Source: Octopus sinensis
Taxonomy: Eukaryota
Reading direction: 5' to 3'
Assembly: GCF_006345805.1 (NCBI RefSeq)
Contig: NC_043006.1
Coordinates: 53,940,001-54,004,000 of the forward strand
Length of the DNA: 64,000 nucleotides
Position numbers and translations under genes: made by a program
The notes under the pieces: model-generated
What the model was told of the DNA's origin: nothing
Seen by the model: the letters and a program-made list of their open reading frames with translations, nothing else
Databases searched by the model: none
Shown: positions 41,427 to 53,934 of the stretch, in pieces
Layout: every line of letters begins with the position of its first letter
Numbering within the stretch: position 1 is the first letter of the stretch

Positions 41427-41471
41427 CACACGGACTCGAGTTTCTGAGTATTGACCCGTCATCGGCGTGTG
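41427..41471 (-). ncRNA. Type I hammerhead motif (U4 to C)
   Basis: cacacg-CCGATGA-cgggt/caat/actca-GAAA-ctcga-GTC-cgtgtg; 6-bp stem I; palindromic ACTCGAGT stem III. Confidence 0.7.
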
Positions 41472-41609
41472 ACAATCACAGTTGTCGATGAAAAGTAGGT
41501 TCCCTTCACAAACACTTCATTTTACAGTAAATTGCTTTTGAGTATATAAGAATTTATTTCGAGGTGCTGGACCTTTCATACCTCGGGAGAAAAATCCCAA
41601 TCTTCATCC

Positions 41610-41925
41610 TTTACTTGTTTCAGTCATTCGACTATAACCATGCTGGATCATCGCCTCGAAATGTTTTAGTCGAACAAATAAAGTCTGGTATTTATGCTAT
41701 TGGCCTCTTTTGCTAAACCACTTGGTTACAGGAACGTAAACAAACCAACACCGATTGTCGAGCACTGGGAGGGGGACAAACACAAACATAAGAACATATA
41801 CACAACGAACATTTTTCAGTTTCTGTCTATCAAATCCACTCATAAGGTTTTGGTTGGCCCAGCGCTATAGTTGAAGACACTTAGCCAAAGTGCCACGCAG
41901 TGACACTGAACCCGAATCTATGTAT
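41610..41925 (-). mobile_element. SINE family A (old copy)
   Basis: Homology to 2433-2865. Confidence 0.75.
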
Positions 41926-42065
41926 GTATGCGGGTATGCGAGTATGTGTATGTGTGTATGTATATGCGAGTATGGACGCGTGGGGTATATATTTATATGA
42001 GTGTATGTTAATATGCAGAATGCTTCCCTCAATTATTTTCCCTTGTCCCTAATGTTTAGTAGGAA

Positions 42066-42385
42066 CACTCCGTCGGTTACGACGACGAGGGTCCCAGCTG
42101 ATACGATCAACGGAACAGCTTGCTTGTGAAATTAACGGGCAAGTGACTGAGCAATCCACAGATACGTGTACCCCTAACGTAGTTCTCAGGTAGATTCAGC
42201 GTGACACAGAGTGGGACAAGGCCAGCCCTTTGAAATACACGTACAACTCATTTTTGCCAGCCGAGTGGACTGGAGCAACGTGAAATAAAATGTCTTGCTC
42301 AAGGACACAACGCGTCGCTGGGAATTGAACTCACAAGCATATTATCGTGAGCCGAATGCCCTAACCACTAAGCCACGCGCCTTCA
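42066..42385 (-). mobile_element. SINE with head C and tail T1
   Basis: Head as in 47098-47419; tail shared with family D copy 53225-53576. Confidence 0.85.
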
Positions 42386-42762
42386 CACTGTTTAATATAA
42401 GGACAGAACGTATGACTCCTTGAAAATCACGATGGTCATGGCTGAAACCCCATGATGATCAGAGTAGACATGGGGCTAAACTATATTGTCATCATCACCA
42501 GGAACAACAACAATAACAACCACAACAACATCACTAATGACTAGTAGAATCTGTTCTTCGGAAAACCTGTAACGGTAAAGTCGTCAGATGAAGAAGAAAA
42601 GAAAAGAAAAATGGTATTACCACCACTACAACCATCTTCACCACCAAATCCTCTAAATCCCCACTTTTCAAACACACAAAGATGGATTATCTCTTAATAT
42701 TGTATTAATCTCAATGGAATGTTAGTGCACTCAGCTTATGCTTGACAGTACAAGTGTGTAGT

Positions 42763-42823
<61 letters not shown>

Positions 42824-43269
42824 AGTACACATATAGCGTCCTTGTCGTCAGAAGATGACAACTGATTAAATCCGTAACGAGGCTCAATTAGTGATTACAG
42901 CCTGATTAAAAATTTTAAAAAATAAATTAAAATAAAAAAAACTAAAAACAAAACATTGCTGTGGGAAAGTTGAGTTGTGGGATCATTGAGCTAGCTGCGT
43001 ATTCAAACAGGTGTGTGCATGTGTGTGCGTGTGTGTGCGTGTGTATGAGTGTGTGTGTGTGTAAATCTGTGTTTGTGTATGCGCGCCGGCAGTTATATTG
43101 CTTCTCAGAAGAAACGTTTATACGTGCATATGCAACAACATTTGCACGCATACACACACAGCAACACACACTGACACTCTCGCTAATTTTCTCTCTCTTT
43201 CACACTCACACTTTCTCCCTCTCTCCCTCTGTCTCCCTCCTTTTCCACCTCCCTATATGTATATAAAGT

Positions 43270-43460
43270 TAATCCAAATATGAAAACACCAAGAGAAAAC
43301 ACAACAACGCGAGGACGTGGAATAAATATAGTATTATTAGACGCTCAGGAAGGAAGGGAAGAAGGAGGGTTTTACGTTTCGAGCGGAGCTCTTCGTCAGA
43401 AACATAGGAAAAGGGAAGATCCAGAGAAGGGAAGACGGAAGAAAAAAAATCGCCAACGAT
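43270..43460 (-). mobile_element. Hammerhead unit, subfamily F1
   Basis: Inverted copy of 23213-23403 in a (TA)n context. Confidence 0.8.
43369..43403 (-). ncRNA. Minimal type I hammerhead ribozyme
   Basis: gttt-CTGACGA-a-gagc/tcc/gctc-GAAA-c-GTA-aaac. Confidence 0.75.
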
Positions 43461-43462
43461 AC

Positions 43463-43522
<60 letters not shown>

Positions 43523-43523
43523 A

Positions 43524-43558
<35 letters not shown>

Positions 43559-43566
43559 GTGTATAT

Positions 43567-43608
<42 letters not shown>

Positions 43609-44387
43609 GTCATCCCATAAATATTAATATTGATATTATATTAATTATTACCAATCACTACCAATAAACCAAACTACACTTGCCCAATGTGCCACGCAGT
43701 AGAACCGAACCCAGAACCATGTGGTTGGTAAGTTAAGTACTTACCACACAGCCACTCCTACGCCTATATATAAACAATTGTAGCATGGAAGATACAGATT
43801 AGCCGTTCAAAAGCGTACAGTCTGTTAACTTCATTTATACGTTTATTATTTGTATAATAGTGTCAAAATTTTCGTTGCATGAACCGTGACCTGGTCACTG
43901 ACACGAAGCGGAGGTCACAGCTCATGAGGAATAAAATTAATAAATAACAAATAATAAGTTAATAGTCTCTGTATGCTTTTGAATGGCTAGTCTTTGTTTT
44001 TCAAACTGCAATCGTTTTAGTTTCAACGCAGAGTCTAATAACAAATCACCTGTTTGGCAAGTACACCACCGATATTTTAGTTACACTATCTTAGACATGA
44101 TTTTTATTGAACTCAAAATACTTTTTGGAGGCCCGTTCTAATTACTTACTTAAATACTTTCTTGTCAACTGTTTTTAACATTTTCATATTATCATCAAAG
44201 AATGTAAATCTGTATTTTAATACTTTTGTGATAACTAGTATTTGATACAACAAAGCTCATACTAAGCTTTACATTTTATTTTTGACAATCTTTTTCTAAA
44301 AAAAGTGAAACCGGTCAAGTGAATAAACATCTTTAAAATTGCATTTTCAAACCTTCTTTCATATATATATATATATATATATATGTG

Positions 44388-44577
44388 GGGAGAGTTTACG
44401 AAAAAGACAAAAGACGAAGACAGATGGTGTACAAACCAAACAGATGTATTAGTATAACGCTCAGGAATAGAAAAAGTATTTTACGTTTCGAGCCTACGCT
44501 CTTCTACAGAAAGGGACACAGAAAAAACAAGGAGAGAAAAAAAATGTGTGTAGTGGCTAACGATCTATCATGGCGTC
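44388..44577 (-). mobile_element. Hammerhead unit, subfamily F2 (core at 44479-44512)
   Basis: ttt-CTGTAGA-a-gagc/gtag/gctc-GAAA-c-GTA-aaa; flanked by (TA)n; homologous to 51647-51861; fragments at 39003-39064 and 18437-18465. Confidence 0.75.
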
Positions 44578-44592
44578 ATATATATATATATT

Positions 44593-44631
<39 letters not shown>

Positions 44632-45214
44632 AACTGTATTGACCAGACTGACGGATGTTGTTATACACTGCTAGTCACAATACACTTATTCATATAGTTG
44701 AACTTTTCAAATGATGTCATTCATCTAACTAAAGAGTGCAGCCAAAATTTCCTCTGAACGGAATGCCAGTCGATCACAGGTGAGTAGACTTGCGCAACGT
44801 AAAATGAATTGTTTTCTTCAAGAAAACAAGGCATCGCCGCGATCTCATGAACGTGAGCGCAACACCTAAACCATTAAGCTAGGCGCTATCACACACACAC
44901 ACATGAGAATAAATGTATATACATGTATATATATATACGTGTATATATATATATATATGAATATATGTGTGTGTGCATGTGTGTATGTATGTATGTATGT
45001 ATGTATGTATGTATGTATGTATGTATGTATGTATACGTATGTATGCCGTGCACGGCAGCTGGCGTGTGCTGGTGGCCAAAGGACTCACCGTGCGAAACCG
45101 CTGTTTTGGATGTGTGATTCCTGATTATCTCATAAATTTACATAAATAAAAACTGCACATTTCTTACAAAATGCCGTATAAAATACTTTCATATGTTTGT
45201 ACCACAAAATGAAT

Positions 45215-45265
<51 letters not shown>

Positions 45266-45275
45266 TCCAAATGTA

Positions 45276-45306
<31 letters not shown>

Positions 45307-45824
45307 TGTGTGTGTATGTGTGTGTAGTCTTTTATTGGAGCAGAAATTGATAGTTTGTCTCACGACTCGAGTTTCACGGCTCTCCGATGGTCGTCCCGTG
45401 TAATTTGAACTTTAAGTTGCGTGACAATTAACCAGTATTTAAAGCTCCAATGTGTATTCCCGTTCGCATTTTTGTATTCGTAACCCTTGCTATGCGTGTT
45501 TCACCAAGTAAACGTGGAAAATAAACGAAACATGAGTGATTGTTTCTAGGACGTTTCATTACGGCCTCTTACGTACGTGTCATGAACAAAAGGTAATTAT
45601 TAGTTACAGAATGTTACTTATATAATCACAACATACTGTGAAATCATCGGAAATGTGTAACTGTTATACATAACATTATTGAATAGAAAAGAAGTTGATA
45701 GAATCAACTGTCGTGGATCTCCACGGTGCTTTGCTCGATCAGCAATTTTTCAATTCAATATTATGCAAGAAAGCAAGGTGACGAATTGGAGAATCATTAA
45801 TACGCAAGCCAAAATACTTAGTGT

Positions 45825-46070
45825 GGAGGCGCATGGCTTAGTGGTTAGGGTGTCAGCATCATGATCGTAAGATTGTGGTTTCGATTCCTGGACCGGGTGA
45901 CGCGTTGTGTTCTTGAGCAAAACACTTCATTTCACGTTGCTCCAGTCCACTCAGCTGGCAAAAATGAGTAACGCTGCGATGGACTGGCGTCCTGCTGGGG
46001 AACACATACGCCAGAGAAACCAGGAAACCGGGCCCATGAGCCTGGCTAGGCTTTAAAAAAAAGGGCGCAA
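45825..46070 (+). mobile_element. SINE head C, tail T5, nested in a SINE B
   Basis: ggaggcgcatggcttagtggttaggg...ggtttcgattcc; SINE B head at ~45775-45822 and its core resumes at 46081. Confidence 0.8.
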
Positions 46071-46561
46071 AAGCCCGTCCTTAGTTCAAATTCCGCTGTA
46101 GTCGCCTTTGCGTATCATCCTTTCAGGGTTGATGAAATAAGTACTGGTTGAACACTGGGATCGATGTAATCGACTTATATCCATCTCTCGAAATTTCTGG
46201 CCTTGAGCTAAAATTTGAAATCAATATTATAATGCATGAAAGTTACATGCCCCTGGCAATTTGATAACTGTTCTAAGATAGTGTAACTAAAATACGGCTC
46301 TAGGAAGGATCAAGATCAAACTAAATTCAAGAGATATTGGTGAAAAGAAGCAAGAATTAACTGATGAAATAATATTCCCTCTTCTGTCTTTTTTGCTTTA
46401 TTTTGATCTTTATGCTTTTTTTAATGGTTGTGTATGTTGATTCTTGACTATAGATAGATAGCTAGATACATAGACATAGATACATACATACATACATACA
46501 TACATACAAACAGACAGACAAACAAACAGTCAGACAGACAGACAGACAAACAGACAGACAT

Positions 46562-46624
<63 letters not shown>

Positions 46625-47097
46625 TACGACGGGTTTCTTTCAGTTTCCTTCTACCAAATCCAATCACAAGTCTTTGGTCCGCCCGAGGCTATAGTAGAAG
46701 ACCCTTGCCCGAGGTGTCACGCCTACGCCTATTTGATCTGGGTTTTTATATTCTAGTTTCAAATCCATCTGAAGCCAACTTTGCTTTCATCCTTCCATGT
46801 CAATAACATAAAGTTCCTGACAAAGGCTGGTGGCAGATTAATAGACAGAACTTTATCTGCAAAATTCTAGCTCTTTGCCACTATTAAAAACAATTATTCA
46901 CTCTGTTTTTCTATTTTCGATTTAAAAAAAAAAATATCTATGCTTATGTAGATTCCATTATCATTACACATTTTTTTTTTATTTCACTCTGACGTCAACA
47001 ACAAGGATCGCAAATGTTGCGGCGAAAGATTTAACACTAAATAATAAGTATTTAAGTAAAGTTTATGTTTTTCCGAATGACAAATGTATGTCTTTGG

Positions 47098-47419
47098 TGA
47101 AGGCGCGTGGCTTAGCGGTTAGGGTACTCGGCTCACGATCGTAAGGTCGTGAGCTCAATTCGTGGCGACGTGTTGTGTCCTTCAGTAAAACACTTTATTT
47201 CATGTTGCTCCAGTCCACTCAGCTGACAAAAATGAGTGGTACTTGTATTTCAAATGGGCAGCCTTGTCATACGCTATGTCACACTGAATCTCATTGAGGA
47301 CTGGTTTAAGAGTACACGTATCTGTGGAGTACTCAGCCACTTGCGCGTGAATTTCTTGACTAGGTTGTTCTGTTGATCGAATCAACTGCAAACGTCCTCG
47401 TCGTTACCGACGGAGTGCC
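47098..47419 (+). mobile_element. SINE head C, tail T1
   Basis: Homology to 42066-42385 and 63376-63657. Confidence 0.85.
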
Positions 47420-47550
47420 AGTAAGTTAGTATATGTCTTTTACGCTGCAATCTCCTTTTTGCCTAAATTCACTGCTCACTGAACTCCTTCAACTAATATC
47501 AGATACTTCACTATGTTTTATGTTGCTTCGAAGACATCTTCCTTACTATG

Positions 47551-47631
<81 letters not shown>

Positions 47632-48087
47632 GTCTCGGAGTTCAGAATATCCTAGAGGACTTCAATGCTCAGAACTACTTCATCACTTTTGGTTTCTCCC
47701 TTTCCCTTCACTAAGTCTACATGAATACGATATCAGGTGAAACATGAAGTGTGCGCGCGCGTGTATGCACAGACGGAGGAAGCAGGTTATAGAGGGGATC
47801 GACACCTTTGAAAGAGCACATATTCTGCATGAAGAATTTAAGCGTGCTGCTCGAAAGCGCACTGCTAGTGTAGCGAATGGGGAAAGTTTGGTTAGCAATG
47901 TTTGCAGTCGTGTATGCTTGTCATGAGCAGGGATCATTAGCCACCAACGGAGCTCCAAATGCAAAATCTAAATTAATCCCAGAGCGCACAATATTCCTAA
48001 AGGTCAGAATGGCCTTCGTCGGTCACGAGTAGACGGCCATCATACACACAACACACACACACACACCACACACCACACACCACACAC

Positions 48088-48126
<39 letters not shown>

Positions 48127-48162
48127 AAAACAAACACACACAGACACACCACGCACACACAC

Positions 48163-48206
<44 letters not shown>

Positions 48207-48436
48207 GCTTGTGTGTCTTTGTGTTTGCCTCCAATCCCACCCGCACCATTACTTGACAACCGATGTTGGTGTGTTTACTTCCCCATAATGTAGCGGTTCG
48301 GCAAGCGGCCGACAAAATAAGTACTAGGCTTACGAAGAATAAGTCCGGGGGTCAATTTTTTTCGACTAAAACCTCTTTAAGGTGGTGCTCCAGCATGGAC
48401 GTAGTCAAATGACTATATATATACGCATGCATATAG

Positions 48437-48482
<46 letters not shown>

Positions 48483-49041
48483 ATATATGTATATATGTGT
48501 GTGTGTGTGTGTGTGCGTGTAGAGAGAGAGAGTATCTATGTGTGTGTACCGCATACATGTGTGTTTTCTTAGCACTGCATTTAGCAATTGCACGTGTAAT
48601 TGTACAACACATTTTATCAATTGTGTGTGATGCTTTTGTTTGCATGTATAAAATATCTCTGGGATGACTTGAAAAAAATAATAAACGCTAGGTAACAAAA
48701 TGACCTGTCGCTCACCTTGCTCAATCTCTTCGTAGATTAAGACCTTTGACAAATGTCGCAACGTCTCCCTCACCCACACAGCTACCGCAACTATGGACTC
48801 GCCCACCAACTCACCGATAATACAAGTCCACGACCCACATAGTTAGGCCGACCCTCAGGACGCCACATTCTCTTTCTCTCTTTCCCTCTGTCTCTCTCTC
48901 TCTCTCTGTCTCTCTCTCTCTCCCTCTCCCTCTCCCTCTCTTTCCCTCTCTGTCTGTCTCTGTCTCTCTGTCTGTCTCTGTCTCTCTGTCTCTCTCTCTG
49001 TCTCTCTCTCTGTCTCTCTCTCTCTATCACCCTGTCTGTCC

Positions 49042-49136
<95 letters not shown>

Positions 49137-49428
49137 CTATGTACAACATAACCCATCCTTAATACCTACGTTTAAAGAGATACCATTTACCTGTCTTTCT
49201 GTAACAACCTTATGAATTTACCCACCTGACCAGGCGCCTGTCTTATCTAGTAACTAATTTCTTACTCGTCCCTATCAACCTCGAACCAGTCCCTCTATTC
49301 ACACAATCAGCTCTACGGACACCTCCTACCCTACCTAGCTACAAACACCTTCTTCAAAACAACCTTTGTTATCTATGTTTAATTGCACTTACACACACCT
49401 GTCTTTTTACTTATCTACCTGTCTATCC

Positions 49429-49460
<32 letters not shown>

Positions 49461-49461
49461 G

Positions 49462-49508
<47 letters not shown>

Positions 49509-49530
49509 GTCTGTCTATCTATTATATATA

Positions 49531-49591
<61 letters not shown>

Positions 49592-49942
49592 GTTTCTCTA
49601 TCTAGCCGCCTGTTCGCGTTTATGTGTACTCACAAACACGCACACACGCTCACACACACGCACGCACACACACACACGTACACACACACACATGAATGAG
49701 AGAGATAGTTTATAATTTTTATTATTGTTATTGTTCGCGGAATTTGAAGCTTCCTGACTGTAATGTGTATGTGTGTGTGTGTGTGTGTGTGTTTTATGAA
49801 AAGAATGTCATTCTACTTAATTTCGCCCCAGGGTGGGCTGTTCGCTGCTGTCAACTATATACAACGTATTTTGCCTTGTATATCAGATATTTGCACTACA
49901 TAAAGTATACTATTAATATAGTTTACAACTTTTACATTACGG

Positions 49943-49973
<31 letters not shown>

Positions 49974-49988
49974 TGTGTGAGTGTGTTG

Positions 49989-50019
<31 letters not shown>

Positions 50020-50367
50020 TGTGTGTGTTGTGTTGCGTGCGTGTGTGTCGGCGTGAGTGTGTATTTTCCAAGCTGGCAAAATTGTAAAGACGTCATTTCG
50101 CCTAGCGGCATTTCGGCCATTTTTGCGTTTTAAGTTCAAATTCCGCCGAGGTTGTCTTTGCCTTTCAACTTTTCGGGGTCAACATAATAATTATGTATTG
50201 AACATTAGGGTCGATGTAAAAAAATTTGCTTCTCCCTTTAAAATTGGGAGGAGGAGGGACTTGTGCAAAAAGTAGTAGTAGTAGTAGTAGTAGTTGTTGT
50301 TGTTGTTGTTGTTGTGCGAGATATTGTTAGAAGTCCAATCTTTGACTCGTAATATGTATGAATATAT

Positions 50368-50672
50368 CACGTGATCACGTGACCGACCAGGCTATCAGAT
50401 GTTGTTACACATCGCTGGTCACAATGCGCTTCACATTGTTTTAGCCTTCGAATGACGCCACCCCGCTGGCTAAGCGAGCAGGCCAACAGAAGAAAGAGTG
50501 GGAGAAAGAGTGGTGAAAGAGTACAGCAGGGATCACCGCCCCCCTGCCGGAGCCTCGTGGAGCTTTTAGGAGTTTTCGCTCAATAAACACACACAACGCC
50601 CGGTCTGGGAATCGAAACCGCGATCCTACGACCGCGAGTCCGCTGCTCTAACCACTGGGCCATTGCGCCTCC
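50368..50672 (-). mobile_element. SINE family D, tail T3, full length with TSD
   Basis: 14-bp TSD atgtatgaatatat at 50354-50367 and 50673-50686; intact tRNA-like head. Confidence 0.92.
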
Positions 50673-50720
50673 ATGTATGAATATATAAATGTCTGAATGT
50701 ACAGGTGTGTATATATGTAG

Positions 50721-50768
<48 letters not shown>

Positions 50769-51646
50769 GTGTGTGTGCGCGCGTGTGTGTGTGTTGGAGT
50801 ATATTATACATGTTCAGTCATGTACAATATAATCCAATGAGTACGAGGCCCGTCGATGTGAAATTCTCAACTTTGAAACCTTCACAAGATCCCTCATAAA
50901 GCAATACAACAGCATTAATTTGAGGCGTGGAGAGAAACCAACAAGCGTGATTTGAAAACTGTATGCCACTTGGGCTCCTCCGCCTCAAAAATCTCTCCAC
51001 TTTTCAGCACACTTGATGCGTCCCTCCACTCTTTCTGTACACTAATTATCATGAGCAATCCTTCATCCCTAGAATACCCGCGCACAGGAATCTCCTCACT
51101 GCTTATCTCTTTCTTGCAGATTTGAACCTCCAACAGTTTTGACAGAGCGTTAACAGCATCAGCCTCCCCCGTTTCAGAGGGTCTGAAAGAATCGTGGGTT
51201 TTCCCCCTTCATCCAAACACAATAGGTAGGGAAAAAAGGACAATGGAAACCCCAAGGTGAGCCATTGCTGAAGTTCGTTTAAGGACATAACTCGCTCTCA
51301 GTATAGATCTCTTTCTCTCTCTCTTTATATATATACACATACATACATACATGCATACATACATACATACATACATACATACATACATACATACATACAT
51401 ACATACATACATACATACATACATACATACATACATGCGAGGATGTGCTTTAAGGGTGTCACGAAAGGCCTGGTTAGCGGCCCAACCTTCCGAGTTCTTT
51501 TACAGAGCTTAGAAAAACTGAAGGACAACTGCAATAAATGTGTGAATCTGAGAGGGGAATATGTTGAATAGTATCGTAATTAATTGATCGTTCTGTATTT
51601 TCTATTACCCAAAGCCAGAAATATTTCGGCATTTGTGTGTGTGCCC

Positions 51647-51861
51647 GACGCCATGATAGATCGTTAGCTCCTACATGCATTTTTTTCTCTCTTTGTTTTT
51701 CTCCTTGTTTTTTTTTTTCTGCGTATCTTTCTGTCGAAGAGCGTCGGCTCGAAACGTAAAAGACTTGTTCTATTTCTATTCCTGAACGCCATACCAAAAC
51801 ATTTGTTTGTTTGTACTCCACCTGCCATTGTCTTTTGTTTATTTTCGTAAACCTTCCCGTT
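51647..51861 (+). mobile_element. Hammerhead unit, subfamily F2 (core at 51726-51763)
   Basis: tcttt-CTGTCGA-a-gagc/gtcg/gctc-GAAA-c-GTA-aaaga; ends at (TA)n. Confidence 0.75.
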
Positions 51862-51877
51862 ATATATATATACATAC

Positions 51878-51946
<69 letters not shown>

Positions 51947-53161
51947 CTACATGGAAAAATGCGAGCATGAAAAGTGATATTCTTAAGATTATAAACCTGG
52001 AAAGTACAGGACAAGTTATTACACCTGCAAAAGTATAGGACAAACTATTACCTCAAGTAAAGTAAAGAATAAGAAACTTTTTACTTCTTTTTTTGTTCAA
52101 TGTGACTAACGAGGGAAAGAGAACAATTCATGATAGAGTCGTACCGGAATTATTATGATAAACTTACTTGGAAATGGATGCGTGGCGTTCAATCCTATAA
52201 TAATATAAATAATATATATATGCATATATGGGTACAAGACGTCATAAAACGTAAACAACATGAAATACGAAATATGAAAACATGGAATACGAAATTTTTT
52301 GCGAACAACGAAAGAAAACAATGGAAAATAAAACAAGTAACATAAAGAATGACCCTTCATGAGTTGTCGGCTGTTTTATCTATTCCACATTTCGAGCAAT
52401 TGCGACAAAATATGTCCCGCATAGCAAAATAAGATTTGGGACTGGCGGACGGTCAAAGTTGGTTACAAAAACAGGACAGTGAAAACAAACAGTAAGGGCT
52501 GCTAAGCTAGCATGTACACTTGAACACACTTGTACGTAATTGTGTGTATATATATATGTATGTGTGTGTATTCATGCGCGTGAATTCGTGTATATAATCT
52601 AAATGTATGCAAGCAATTCTACACACTAATTTTGTGTGTAATAATTTCTTTAAGCTTAAATGCTCTTATGATTGTGCGTGTTTGTTGGTACGTGAAAACA
52701 TATAGAAAATATACATATATATATACATGCATACACGCATGAATGCATTGTATGTGTCTGTGTGTATGAGTATATCATAAAAATACTTGTGCGCTCATAC
52801 ACACACACACACACAAATATATAGGTATATGAAGACCGACTATTATTTTCCAGAGACTTAAACAAAGAAACAATCTCTCCTGCGGAGAGTTACATAGCCG
52901 TCCATTGGTTGACCCCAGAACTGGTGAGCTAAAAATCATGAATATTTTTGACAAAATAACCTAGATCGCATTGCTATAAACTTCAAAAAATAGGAAAAGA
53001 TAGAAAGTGCATGGATGGATGGATATATATATATATTCATATTAATACGTGTGTATATATATGTATATATATGTATATATATATATATATATATGTACAC
53101 ATGTGTGTATGTCTCTGTGTATGTATGCATTTATGTATACATACATACATAAATACATACA

Positions 53162-53224
<63 letters not shown>

Positions 53225-53225
<1 letters not shown>

Positions 53226-53576
53226 AAGCACTCCGTCGGTTACGACGATGAGGGTTCCGGTTGATCCGATCAACGGAACAGCCTGCTCGTGAAATTAACG
53301 TGTAAGTGGCTGAGCACTCCACAGACACGTGTACCCTTAACGTAGTTCTCGGGGATATTCAGCGTGACACAGAGAGTGACAAGGCCGGCCCTTTGAAATA
53401 CAGGTACAACAGAAACAGGAAGTAAGAGTGAGAGAAAGTTGTGGTGAAAGAGTACAGCAGGGATCACCACCATCCCTGCCGGAGCCTCGTGGAGCTTTTA
53501 GGTGTTTTCACTCAATAAACACTCACAACGCCCGGCCTGGGAATCAAAACCGCGATCCTACGACCGGGAGTCCGCA
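53225..53576 (-). mobile_element. SINE family D, tail T1 (head truncated by the adjoining SINE)
   Basis: Homology to 8870-9203. Confidence 0.85.
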
Positions 53577-53909
53577 GGACCCCCTTCGGTCATGACTGAC
53601 CGTGGGTTTGCACCTAGAAAGTTACCCTTCTAGGCACAAGTCTGGGCAAGATTGTTTATGGAAGATCAGCAGTCGCCCATGCATACCGGCCTCCCCTCTC
53701 CACACCACCAGTGTTATCCAAAGGAAAGGCAACGGCCGATACAGCTTGGCACCTGTGACGTCGCAACTCATTTCTACAACTGAGTGAACTGGAGCAACGT
53801 GAAATAAAGTGTCTTGCTCAAGAACACAACACACAGCCCGGTCCGGGATTCGAGCTCACAACCTCACGATCGTAAGCTCGATGCTCTAACCACTGAGCCA
53901 TGCGCCTTC
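53577..53909 (-). mobile_element. SINE head C, tail T4
   Basis: Close copy at 60685-61014. Confidence 0.85.
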
Positions 53910-53934
53910 AAGTATATATTTTTTTCGTTTCGGT

